IMG/VR virus record: IMGVR_UViG_3300009593_002680
Length of the DNA stretch: 64,000 nt
Direction: 5' to 3' (one strand)
Source: a virus
The position numbers and the translations under genes were made by a program. Positions 40,087-48,822 of this stretch are shown here, one piece after another (the first letter of the stretch is position 1; every line of letters begins with the position of its first letter). A model generated the notes under the pieces. The model saw nothing but the letters and a program-made list of their open reading frames with translations. It searched no databases and was not told where the DNA came from.

Positions 40087-40995
40087 ATGGAAAAAGCAGA
40101 GGTAGAAATTAACGAAGGTAGTGTAATTAGTATTATTCTTCCAACACGTGGAAGAACAGGCGGAGCATTACAAGACAGCATTAAAAGTTTATTAGAAAAT
40201 GCAACAGATCCAAGCAAGATTGAAATTATGCTTGGAGTAGATGAAGATGACCAAGATAGCATTGATTGGGTAAACAACGAAGCGGCAGATTTTGTTAAAC
40301 CTTGGAGTTGTGCCTGTAAAGCCAAAATATTTCAACCATTAGGATATGAACAATTAAATGTTTATGTAAATTTACTTTGTCATTCAAGTACGGGTAATTG
40401 GTTATTCCTTTGGAATGATGATGCACTTATGCAAACAAAAGGTTGGGACGAAGTAGTACAAAGTTATGATGGACAGTTTAAATGTTTAGCACCAAACGAC
40501 AACCATGACCATCCATTTGCAATTTTCCCACTTATACCTGCAGACTGGTTTACACTATGTGATGCTTGGAGCATTAATGCACAAAACGATACATGGGTAA
40601 GTGTTATTGCTAGAATGAATGGAATATTTGAACGTATTGATATTGATGTATTACATGACCGAGCAGACCTAACTGGTGGAAATGATGACCAAACATTTGC
40701 AGATAGAAAGTACATGGAAGGTAATCCAGAAGATCCTAAAGATTTTAATCACCCAAGTATGCAACAAGCAAGAATGCATCATGCAAGTAAAATTGATTGG
40801 TTCTTAAAGAAAATGGGAGTACATGATACACCTAGTCCATTTGAACAATTTATAAAAGGTGAAGTTAATCCTTTTGATGATGTAAACAAACATAATCCTA
40901 AAGGGGCAGGACAGTTTGGTAGCATTAATAAACCACAAGAAGAGTTTCCAACAAACAAGCCAAGATTAGACGACGATACTAAGATTACATTGTAA
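40087..40995 (+). CDS. Glycosyltransferase family 2-like protein
   Basis: IILPTRGR, GVDEDD and WNDDA motifs. Confidence 0.75.
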   Translation: MEKAEVEINEGSVISIILPTRGRTGGALQDSIKSLLENATDPSKIEIMLGVDEDDQDSIDWVNNEAADFVKPWSCACKAKIFQPLGYEQLNVYVNLLCHSSTGNWLFLWNDDALMQTKGWDEVVQSYDGQFKCLAPNDNHDHPFAIFPLIPADWFTLCDAWSINAQNDTWVSVIARMNGIFERIDIDVLHDRADLTGGNDDQTFADRKYMEGNPEDPKDFNHPSMQQARMHHASKIDWFLKKMGVHDTPSPFEQFIKGEVNPFDDVNKHNPKGAGQFGSINKPQEEFPTNKPRLDDDTKITL

Positions 40996-41774
40996 TGGCA
41001 ATACCACCCGATTTTGATATTTCTACTGCCTTAGAAAATTTTGAAAATCATTCAGGCCCATATCCAAGAAGCGAACGTTATACATTTTTTGACACAATGT
41101 TAAACAATATCGATTGGGAAAATGCAGTTATACTAGACTTAGGTGGCAATAGAGGAAATCTGTTAGAGGATTTACAACAAAAAAAGATAGGCAAAGAAGA
41201 AAACTACTATTGTTTAGATGTTGACCACGAAGCATTAAACTTTGGACAATCAAATTATCCTAATGCAAATTGGGTTTCTTATGATGCATTTAATCCTATG
41301 TATAATAAGACAGGAGTTCTGTCACAAAAGTTTCCTTTTGAAGATAATAAGTTTGATGTAATATGTTGTTATAGTGTTTACTCTCATACTACACATGAAA
41401 ACTTTATAGCAGATTTACAAGAAATACAAAGAGTATTAAAGCCGGGTGGTCAAGTTGCAATTACATTTGTGGACCATGAAAGTGTTAGGTTCTTTTTAGA
41501 TAAACGTAAAGCAGACTACCCTGGCAAATTTATTTTAAACCAAATAGATATAAACAATGCACTTCAAGAAAAAAGAATGGAATATATTTATTTTGTTGAT
41601 AATGATTTATTAGTAGATGAAATACATAACCCAGAAGGTATAACACATCTAGTTACTGTATATCACAAAGATTGGTTACAGAATGAACTAAATAGTGTTG
41701 GATTAGATGTAACGATAAAACAACCTATACAAGGGCATATCCAAAAAACAATAGTATTCAATGGCAAAAATTAA
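40995..41774 (+). CDS. Class I SAM-dependent methyltransferase
   Basis: ILDLGG, LDVD, KFDVI and RVLKPGG. Confidence 0.85.
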   Translation: MAIPPDFDISTALENFENHSGPYPRSERYTFFDTMLNNIDWENAVILDLGGNRGNLLEDLQQKKIGKEENYYCLDVDHEALNFGQSNYPNANWVSYDAFNPMYNKTGVLSQKFPFEDNKFDVICCYSVYSHTTHENFIADLQEIQRVLKPGGQVAITFVDHESVRFFLDKRKADYPGKFILNQIDINNALQEKRMEYIYFVDNDLLVDEIHNPEGITHLVTVYHKDWLQNELNSVGLDVTIKQPIQGHIQKTIVFNGKN

Positions 41775-41988
41775 GTACACAGAAGCATCAGAAGATGAAC
41801 ATGCAAAGCAAATAGATATACAAGGTATTTGTAAAAAGCACAATATAGGACGACACGACTTAATTAATGTAGCAACTCAAGTAGCAAGATTAGGGAATAT
41901 CACACCAGTACAAGCACTTGAAAGATTACTAGAATGTGATGATATTCCAGAATTAATTACAAATCTTAAGTTTAATAGCATGATTTAA
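41761..41988 (+). CDS. Hypothetical protein
   Basis: Coupled small ORF. Confidence 0.6.
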   Translation: MAKIKYTEASEDEHAKQIDIQGICKKHNIGRHDLINVATQVARLGNITPVQALERLLECDDIPELITNLKFNSMI

Positions 41989-41991
41989 TGC

Positions 41992-42020
41992 TTGACAAAC
42001 AACCTTTATTACAGTATAAT
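41992..42020 (+). promoter_or_regulatory. Consensus sigma70 promoter for the ncRNA/tRNA transcript
   Basis: TTGACA-17 nt-TATAAT. Confidence 0.9.
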
Positions 42021-42028
42021 TAGTTAGT

Positions 42029-42151
42029 ATTAGAAAGTATCCGAGTGGTATTTCGTATATTAGGTGGGGTCGTGTGGTAAAACACACCACGAAACAAGAG
42101 TTGATTTTAACCGTGCCCAGTAAAGTCCTTAAGTGTACTATACTTTCTAAT
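42029..42151 (+). ncRNA. Candidate ~120-nt structured RNA of unknown class
   Basis: Perfect 12-bp terminal stem ATTAGAAAGTAT/ATACTTTCTAAT; GC-richer interior with a hairpin; begins at the predicted TSS. Confidence 0.55.
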
Positions 42152-42155
42152 TCGG

Positions 42156-42231
<76 letters not shown>

Positions 42232-42232
42232 T

Positions 42233-42307
42233 GCCCTGTTCGTCTAGTGGTGAGGACACCGGGTTTTCATCCCGGCAACAGGAGTTCGATTCTCCTACAG
42301 GGTACCA
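42233..42307 (+). tRNA. tRNA-Glu(UUC)
   Basis: Acceptor GCCCTGT/ACAGGGT, CCGGG-TTTTCAT-CCCGG anticodon arm, GTTCGATTC, encoded CCA. Confidence 0.95.
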
Positions 42308-42328
42308 GTTTAAAAATTTAATAATATT

Positions 42329-42604
42329 ATGGGACAGTACGACGATAGAGTAGAAAGGCAAAGGCAAGTTTTGTTGGCAGAAGAGTGGGCAAAAACACCT
42401 AGGTCAATTCATGTACATGGAATGACGTCAATGTGGTATGAAACTGAAGAGACTGAAGCAGAACTAATAGAAAATGGTACTGTAACAGATACACAATATA
42501 ATAGTGGAATTATTACAAGGCATAGGAATGGAAAACTTGTTCATACTTTTGGCGAAGAATTGAAAGGCGATGCATTAGTTGATTCATTTCGTAGACATAC
42601 TTAA
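42329..42604 (+). CDS. Hypothetical protein
   Basis: 91-aa ORF following the tRNAs. Confidence 0.7.
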   Translation: MGQYDDRVERQRQVLLAEEWAKTPRSIHVHGMTSMWYETEETEAELIENGTVTDTQYNSGIITRHRNGKLVHTFGEELKGDALVDSFRRHT

Positions 42605-42613
42605 AAAAATACC

Positions 42614-42621
42614 GATAAATA
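42614..42621 (+). promoter_or_regulatory. Late promoter box GATAAATA (predicted leaderless)
   Basis: 5 nt before ATG 42627. Confidence 0.7.
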
Positions 42622-42626
42622 CTAGC

Positions 42627-43130
42627 ATGAAAGAATTTTTTAAAAGTGCTGGATTATTATTAGGTTGTATATTATTAAGTAGATTTATACTCCCTGACAA
42701 CATAACACCTTTAATAGCAATGGCAGTTTTCATGCCATACCTAACATCAAATAAACAATTACAAATGTTTTTACCTGTTAGTATGTTATTTGTAACAGAT
42801 ATTTTCTTAGGGTTTTATAGCACTATGTGGCTAACTTATGGAATAATGGCCCTTATAGGCTTCATCTCCCGGGTTTTAAATAACGGACAGTACTCAACAC
42901 TAATGGGAACTTCTGCATTAAGTGTTGTTTTATGGCACTTAATTATAAACATTCCGGGACCTTTTCCACCTTTTTCACCAGAAGCATTGGTGTTTGATTT
43001 AAGATTATTAGCAAGTACTTTGGTATTTGCAAGTATATTTTATGCAATACAAAGAGCAGTTACACCTGAATTAGCAGAAGTAATTAATATTAACAATAAA
43101 CAAAAACAAAAATATGTCGGACGAATTTAA
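42627..43130 (+). CDS. Multi-pass membrane protein (DUF6580/ECF S-component-like)
   Basis: SRFILPDNITPLIAMAVF...TDIFLGFY; about five transmembrane helices. Confidence 0.6.
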   Translation: MKEFFKSAGLLLGCILLSRFILPDNITPLIAMAVFMPYLTSNKQLQMFLPVSMLFVTDIFLGFYSTMWLTYGIMALIGFISRVLNNGQYSTLMGTSALSVVLWHLIINIPGPFPPFSPEALVFDLRLLASTLVFASIFYAIQRAVTPELAEVININNKQKQKYVGRI

Positions 43131-43665
43131 AGTAGATTTAGTAGAACCAAGAAACCCAGCACTTCACACAGTTGCAAGTGTAAACCCATTTGATGATAAA
43201 GATGCAAATTGGGAAGAACGTGAAAAAGAAATGATACAACTCATGCATGATAGGTTTGGCATAGGACTTGCCGCTCCACAATTAGGTATGGGTTATAGAA
43301 TGTTTGTTATGACATTATCTACAGGAGAGAATGTAGGTGTTTATAATCCTGAGATATTAGAATTCAGTAAAGAAGAAGTTGCTATGGAAGAAGGTTGTTT
43401 AACATTTCCTTTATTGTATTTTATAGTAACAAGACCAGAAAAAGTTAAAGTTAAGTTTCAAACAGTTGACCAAGAAGAAGTTGAAGATTGGTTAGAAGGT
43501 ATGGACGCAAGATGTTTTCAACACGAGTTTGACCATTTAAATGGCAAGTTATATTTAGAGTATGCAAGTGATATGAAATTACAACGTGCTATGAAAAAAC
43601 GTGATAAGAAAATTAAAATTTTACAAACAGATTTAGACTTGCGTAAAATTGAAAATGAGTCTTAA
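43114..43665 (+). CDS. def: Peptide deformylase
   Basis: GIGLAAPQLG, EGCLT and QHEFDHL. Confidence 0.95.
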   Translation: MSDEFKVDLVEPRNPALHTVASVNPFDDKDANWEEREKEMIQLMHDRFGIGLAAPQLGMGYRMFVMTLSTGENVGVYNPEILEFSKEEVAMEEGCLTFPLLYFIVTRPEKVKVKFQTVDQEEVEDWLEGMDARCFQHEFDHLNGKLYLEYASDMKLQRAMKKRDKKIKILQTDLDLRKIENES

Positions 43666-44515
43666 CTATCCATTTTGGGTTAATAACTTTGACAGAGTAA
43701 GAGACCACAAACTTAAATTTCCTTTATCTAGTAAAATATTTGAACACCCTGTATCATTTTGGTATGGTGAACGTAATGGCAAATGCATTGGTAAACTAGA
43801 TAAGAGTCTTAAAAGATTATTCAATAGAACGGCACCTCAGTTGCCCATATTAGTCGTGTATAACATGCCTAATAGAGATATGGGTCATTACAGTAAAGGT
43901 GGTGCTAAAACACGTGAAAGTTATTTGTTATTTTTATTAGAGTTTGCTAGAGGCATTGGTAAAAACAAACCTATTGTTATATTTGAACCTGATAGTTTAC
44001 CTCATACAACACTTATGGAAGATAAAGATGCTGAGTGGCGTTTAAATTTAATGAAAGAAGGATTAGAATTACTAACAGATAGATGTGATGCTTTAGTGTA
44101 TATAGACATTGGGCATAGTAATTGGTTAAGTCCTAAAGATGCAAACATGTTATTAGACAAAGTTAGTAACGATAAAGTAAGAGGGTTTGCTGTAAATGTA
44201 AGTAATTATAGAACAACACAAGAAAGCATGGAGTGGAGTAAAAAAGTATGTGAGCATAGACCTAATGATTATTTTGTTATAGATACAAGTCGTAATGGAA
44301 ATGGTCCTCACGGAAATGAATGGTGTAATCCACCAGGGAGAAGTTTAGGAATACCGCCTACATGTGATACAGGTGATGAACAATGTGATGCTTTTTTATG
44401 GATTAAGATACCAGGAGAAAGCGATGGCAAAGCAAACAAAGGACCTAAAGCAGGAAAGTTCTGGGGTGAAATGGCAGAAGAATTAGTTAATAACACTTTT
44501 GGAAACAATAAATAG
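43655..44515 (+). CDS. Glycoside hydrolase family 6 (cellulase-type) catalytic domain
   Basis: VYNMPNRD, EPDSL, YIDIGHSNW, NVSNY, IDTSRNGNG, WCNPPG and LWIKIPGESDG. Confidence 0.9.
   Translation: MSLNYPFWVNNFDRVRDHKLKFPLSSKIFEHPVSFWYGERNGKCIGKLDKSLKRLFNRTAPQLPILVVYNMPNRDMGHYSKGGAKTRESYLLFLLEFARGIGKNKPIVIFEPDSLPHTTLMEDKDAEWRLNLMKEGLELLTDRCDALVYIDIGHSNWLSPKDANMLLDKVSNDKVRGFAVNVSNYRTTQESMEWSKKVCEHRPNDYFVIDTSRNGNGPHGNEWCNPPGRSLGIPPTCDTGDEQCDAFLWIKIPGESDGKANKGPKAGKFWGEMAEELVNNTFGNNK
44507..44514 (+). promoter_or_regulatory. Late promoter box AATAAATA (predicted leaderless)
   Basis: 5 nt before ATG 44520. Confidence 0.65.
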
Positions 44516-44519
44516 TAGC

Positions 44520-45200
44520 ATGGATATAGAATACATAAGAGGACCATTCGAACATGCTATAATAGATAATATTATATCTGATGAAGATTGTAATCAATTG
44601 TGGAATTTAGCAAACAACATTCCAGAAGATAGCATAGACTTTGCAAGGGGCGGTGAGCAACAAGACAATGCTTACATGTGGAATAATAATGCAGGACATA
44701 GTGCAACACACGAAGTTATAGATGGACGTTTACATTATGCTGTAACATTAGCAAGTAGAATGTTTGATGACTATAATGATGAACTTTTTACATGGTCTTG
44801 TGCCCTTACAGAAACAAATAGAAATCATGGCAACTTTTTATATCCACATAATGACGACCCAGAAGTAATTAAATTAAGAGATCCAACAGGAACTTATGTA
44901 CCAGCACCAATAAAAGCAGTATTGTATATTCCACACTATAGAACACAATATCGACACTACGGAACTAAAATTTATAATGATAATGACAGAGCAAGTTTTG
45001 TTAGAGAAATAAAATTCGAAACTGCAAGATGTTTTATGTTTAAAACAGGTCCACATAGTTGGCATGGTACAGATTTTGTTAAAGGTATGCCAGAAAGAAG
45101 ATTCTTTTATACTTGTGAATACTTACCAAGAGAATTAGTAAATGACGTAGAAACAGAGTATGGACCAGATGCAACTCCAACAGGTACACCAGATGGATAG
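44520..45200 (+). CDS. 2OG-Fe(II) oxygenase-like protein
   Basis: YPHND, SWHG and RRFF motifs. Confidence 0.75.
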   Translation: MDIEYIRGPFEHAIIDNIISDEDCNQLWNLANNIPEDSIDFARGGEQQDNAYMWNNNAGHSATHEVIDGRLHYAVTLASRMFDDYNDELFTWSCALTETNRNHGNFLYPHNDDPEVIKLRDPTGTYVPAPIKAVLYIPHYRTQYRHYGTKIYNDNDRASFVREIKFETARCFMFKTGPHSWHGTDFVKGMPERRFFYTCEYLPRELVNDVETEYGPDATPTGTPDG

Positions 45201-45867
45201 TTATTGGGAATGGAATAAAGAAAATTTCCCTTGGCACTATGATCCAAGTAGTAAAGAAAAAGACGTGCAATACGTTGGTAGATTTACATGTAATAATTTT
45301 GATGATATAATAAAAACAGCAGTTAGTAGATTTAAACCTGGAGATGAATACGACGAAGTAAGTATTAAAGGTGAACCTTATAACGATGAAGCAAAAGAAA
45401 TTATGGAAGGCTACCATAATGATTTAACTAGAGCAGGATTTAATCAACACAATACAGGCGGTAGGCAAACAAGAGATAACTTACCTAGACAATTAGTTTC
45501 TATGGGACAAAAATCAGGATTATGGAATCCTCAGATAATGTTTTTAGAGCAACCACCAGGAAAGTTCATACCTTGGCATAGAGATAGTTATAATAACTAC
45601 AGAAGAAACTTTGCTAAAGTAAGCGATACAACAGAAGTAATACGTTATTTGGTACAGTTAAATGATTGGCAATGGGGTCATTATGTTAGTGTTGGCAACG
45701 ATGTAATACATCAATATAGTATAGGCGACATACATTGTTGGCCCGAAGGCATATATCATTGTACAGGTAATGCAGGATTATGGCCCAGATACTGTTTAAC
45801 TATTACAGGTTGTGTAACTGAATCAGCATTACACTTAAAAGACCCAAAAGAAATAAAGATACCATAA
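45160..45867 (+). CDS. 2OG-Fe(II)/cupin oxygenase-like protein
   Basis: PGKFIPWHRD and YHCTGNAG. Confidence 0.7.
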   Translation: MDQMQLQQVHQMDSYWEWNKENFPWHYDPSSKEKDVQYVGRFTCNNFDDIIKTAVSRFKPGDEYDEVSIKGEPYNDEAKEIMEGYHNDLTRAGFNQHNTGGRQTRDNLPRQLVSMGQKSGLWNPQIMFLEQPPGKFIPWHRDSYNNYRRNFAKVSDTTEVIRYLVQLNDWQWGHYVSVGNDVIHQYSIGDIHCWPEGIYHCTGNAGLWPRYCLTITGCVTESALHLKDPKEIKIP

Positions 45868-46541
45868 TGGAAGTTTTTAAACGATTAAATATAGAATTCG
45901 ATTATGCACAATTAAGAAAAGATGTGTGGAATACGTTTGATTCTATTAGAAACGAAGCAAGTGGTACTGAGAATGAAATACTTGCAAATCGTAATCAATG
46001 CTTAACAGTATCAGAAGAGAATAGTGATAATTGGTTAGATGGTGTTGCTGGAAAAACAATACAGAATAATACAAGAGAACTTAATCATATAACTGCCCAA
46101 CTAGATGATTCAAATGAAATAGTAGATGAAACACGTTTTATACATCCTATTAAACAAATACACGGTACTTACTTAGAACAGTTTATACAAGGCTTCACAG
46201 ACGTTTACAGATGGCGTATAAGTGTGCTACCACCAAGAACTACATTAAGCATACATAAAGACGGTAGTCCTATGATGGCAACATTTAATAGTGGTAATGC
46301 AGTATTAGATTGGAGATTACATTTTCCGATTATAACAAACAACAGATGTTTTTTAGTTAATTGGCCCGATGATTTTACAGGTGCTAGTGATGAAGGACAA
46401 GAAGTATCTTTACAAATGGCACATTTTAAAGCAGGTAATAGTTATCTATTGAATACTAGTAAAACGCATTGTGCTACTAATTATAGCGACAAAGAACGAA
46501 TACACTTAATTGCAAGTGTTAGTAATATAAAACAATTCTAA
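45867..46541 (+). CDS. Aspartyl/asparaginyl beta-hydroxylase-like oxygenase
   Basis: LSIHKD, RLHFPI, HCATN and RIHLI. Confidence 0.75.
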   Translation: MEVFKRLNIEFDYAQLRKDVWNTFDSIRNEASGTENEILANRNQCLTVSEENSDNWLDGVAGKTIQNNTRELNHITAQLDDSNEIVDETRFIHPIKQIHGTYLEQFIQGFTDVYRWRISVLPPRTTLSIHKDGSPMMATFNSGNAVLDWRLHFPIITNNRCFLVNWPDDFTGASDEGQEVSLQMAHFKAGNSYLLNTSKTHCATNYSDKERIHLIASVSNIKQF

Positions 46542-46555
46542 AAAATATACAATCA

Positions 46556-47305
46556 TTAAGCAGGTTTCTTAATAACCATTGGATTTTGGATACTCCACAT
46601 TGGAGGTAACCGTCTTGTTACAACTTCAGCATTAGGTAAAAGATTAGATAATCTATTTGTTAAAGAATCATTTTCCCAAAATATAGAAAAGTGTGTACTT
46701 TCTAAACATGCATCTTCACCTGAAGTAGGGACTCTATCAACATCAATATGTACAGTATCGTTATCTATTAATGTAAGCCATTTACAATTTTCTGATGATT
46801 CTATGAGTTGTTGTTCTACCATACCATATTCATGTGTACGTCTAACAATAAAGTAGTTTAGTGCAACTTCTCTCATAAACACTCCCCAAATAATAGCACC
46901 ACCTGGATTTAAGTGTTCATAACATTGAGTAGTTAAATCATCTAGAATGTTTGGATCTAAATTAGCAGTTTTCATCCAACAAAATATAAAATCAAATTTT
47001 TCATCACCACTCCATGGCATAGGTTCATCTATATTACCACTTGGGTGATTCATTTGATTATGATGGTCCCAAAATCTAAAGTCTGCATTTGGGTAATCTT
47101 CTATACCTTGTTGTAATGCTTCATGAGATGTTTCGAAAACAGTATAATTTTCTTCTTTAACAATGTTTTCAGGGTCTGCTAAAAGTTGTCCTGCATTACC
47201 ATATATTTCTAATACTTTTGCATTAGATAAATCTAAATCTACATTTGCTGTAGAAAATGCTGTATTAATATAATTGCATTTAGGTTGGTATGCTTCTACT
47301 GTCAT
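46556..47305 (-). CDS. Methyltransferase-like paralog of 40995-41774
   Basis: Shares KEENY, HEAL, YPNA and KFD-I-C segments; motif I degenerate (LEIYGNAG). Confidence 0.65.
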   Translation of the reverse strand: MTVEAYQPKCNYINTAFSTANVDLDLSNAKVLEIYGNAGQLLADPENIVKEENYTVFETSHEALQQGIEDYPNADFRFWDHHNQMNHPSGNIDEPMPWSGDEKFDFIFCWMKTANLDPNILDDLTTQCYEHLNPGGAIIWGVFMREVALNYFIVRRTHEYGMVEQQLIESSENCKWLTLIDNDTVHIDVDRVPTSGEDACLESTHFSIFWENDSLTNRLSNLLPNAEVVTRRLPPMWSIQNPMVIKKPA

Positions 47306-47331
47306 AATTTATGTCCTTGTAATTATAACAG

Positions 47332-47339
47332 TATTTATT
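47332..47339 (-). promoter_or_regulatory. Late promoter box AATAAATA
   Basis: Minus strand; AAGGA SD before ATG 47305. Confidence 0.6.
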
Positions 47340-47345
47340 GAGTTG

Positions 47346-47960
47346 TTATAGTAGTTGCCCACCAAAATTGGTTAAGTCTTCTTGTAAATCTTCTTCGTTA
47401 ATTACAACAGGAACATATATTTGTGGGAATACATGGCATGGACAGTTTTGTAAAGAACCATGTCTTATTATTTCGTTTGTATCATTATGCTTACTCCATG
47501 TTAATCCAAATGGAGCATTTTCTCTTTTAATGTGTGATTTAGCAAGTTCTGTCCAATCCCAACGTTCTTGTACACTTGCTGGAATACCTATTCTGTTTAC
47601 AGGAACTAAATCAATTTCATTATTAGCACCTTGACCCCAAATAGTATTTTGCTCTACTACTTCGTCTTCTCTATTTCTATATCTAGTGCTAAGAACTTTC
47701 ACACCTACAATATCTTTATAGTTTTCTATTATCCAATCTAATTCTGTACACCATTCGTCATTATCACCACTTATAGGTTGTTCCTTATGTGGCTGTAACC
47801 AATCTTCGGGTTCATCTGGAAATTGTCTTATACGTCTATCAAACTCGCCGTCTATATACTTGTCTATATTTTGACCACCATCTACTGTAGTGTATCTAAG
47901 ATTATCTATCTCAAATGTAAGTCGGTTTTCTGAGTAATTGGGAACCCAGTCTAACTGCAT
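47346..47960 (-). CDS. Hypothetical protein
   Basis: GGAG SD; 204-aa ORF. Confidence 0.7.
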   Translation of the reverse strand: MQLDWVPNYSENRLTFEIDNLRYTTVDGGQNIDKYIDGEFDRRIRQFPDEPEDWLQPHKEQPISGDNDEWCTELDWIIENYKDIVGVKVLSTRYRNREDEVVEQNTIWGQGANNEIDLVPVNRIGIPASVQERWDWTELAKSHIKRENAPFGLTWSKHNDTNEIIRHGSLQNCPCHVFPQIYVPVVINEEDLQEDLTNFGGQLL

Positions 47961-47961
47961 G

Positions 47962-48822
47962 TTAAACTCCGGATGGGTTTATATCGTCTTGTTCTACTTC
48001 TGCTTTGCTTATTTCTAATGCTTCTGGTTCAGGGGCATTAAGTTCGCTTTCTAAGTAATGTTTAGCATCTGACAAGTATTGTCCTGCTTTAACTACTTTT
48101 GCTTGCCACCAATGAGGGAAATCTCCGTTTGGTAAATCTCCTAGCATTTTGTATAGTTCTACACTATATTTGCCTAACTTAAATAATTCCTTGCGAATCA
48201 TATCAGGCTCGTTATCTCTGTGTCCGATAACGTCTTTTGTTACTTCTTCATCTTCGTTAATTGATTCATCTTGTTCATCGCCTACGCCATGTCCTTTTTC
48301 AAACCAAGATTTTAATTCAGCCTGCATGTCTTGTTCTTCAGGCTCAAAATATGTGAAGTCATCTGCAACTTCTTTGCTTTCTCCTGATGGAGATGTAATT
48401 GTTAGTTTGTGAATTGTGTAACCGCTTCTTTCACCATTATATTCTAATGTATAACTGTACTCACCTGCTTCTTCTTCTAGTCCTGCAAGTTCTTTAATTC
48501 TTGAAAGGTCACCTTCAAATGCATCAGGTTCTTTTACACCTTTTGCTGTATTTCTTTCTTTTTCATCATCAAATGCTGAATTAACACTAGGTACTTTATC
48601 AGGCTCTTGCCTTCTCATAGTCTTTTCTTGTCCGTATTCTCTTTCTAAACTAGGCATTTTATCTTGAAATTGACCTAATGTTATATTAGGATATTTCTCT
48701 ATTGCCCAAGCAAAAAAGTTTCCAATACCAAACTGTTTGCCTTTTTGTGCAACTTTATCTCTAGTACTAGCACGTTTCATGCCAGCGGATTTAAAATCTA
48801 AAACGTTTTTATCGTCAGCCAT
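47962..48822 (-). CDS. Probable virion internal protein
   Basis: IKELAGL motif; FPHWWQAKVVKA domain. Confidence 0.6.
   Translation of the reverse strand: MADDKNVLDFKSAGMKRASTRDKVAQKGKQFGIGNFFAWAIEKYPNITLGQFQDKMPSLEREYGQEKTMRRQEPDKVPSVNSAFDDEKERNTAKGVKEPDAFEGDLSRIKELAGLEEEAGEYSYTLEYNGERSGYTIHKLTITSPSGESKEVADDFTYFEPEEQDMQAELKSWFEKGHGVGDEQDESINEDEEVTKDVIGHRDNEPDMIRKELFKLGKYSVELYKMLGDLPNGDFPHWWQAKVVKAGQYLSDAKHYLESELNAPEPEALEISKAEVEQDDINPSGV

Noticed and set aside
43114-43665. Peptide deformylase as a novelty
   Set aside because: It is already well known in marine phages, so it is listed only as a feature.
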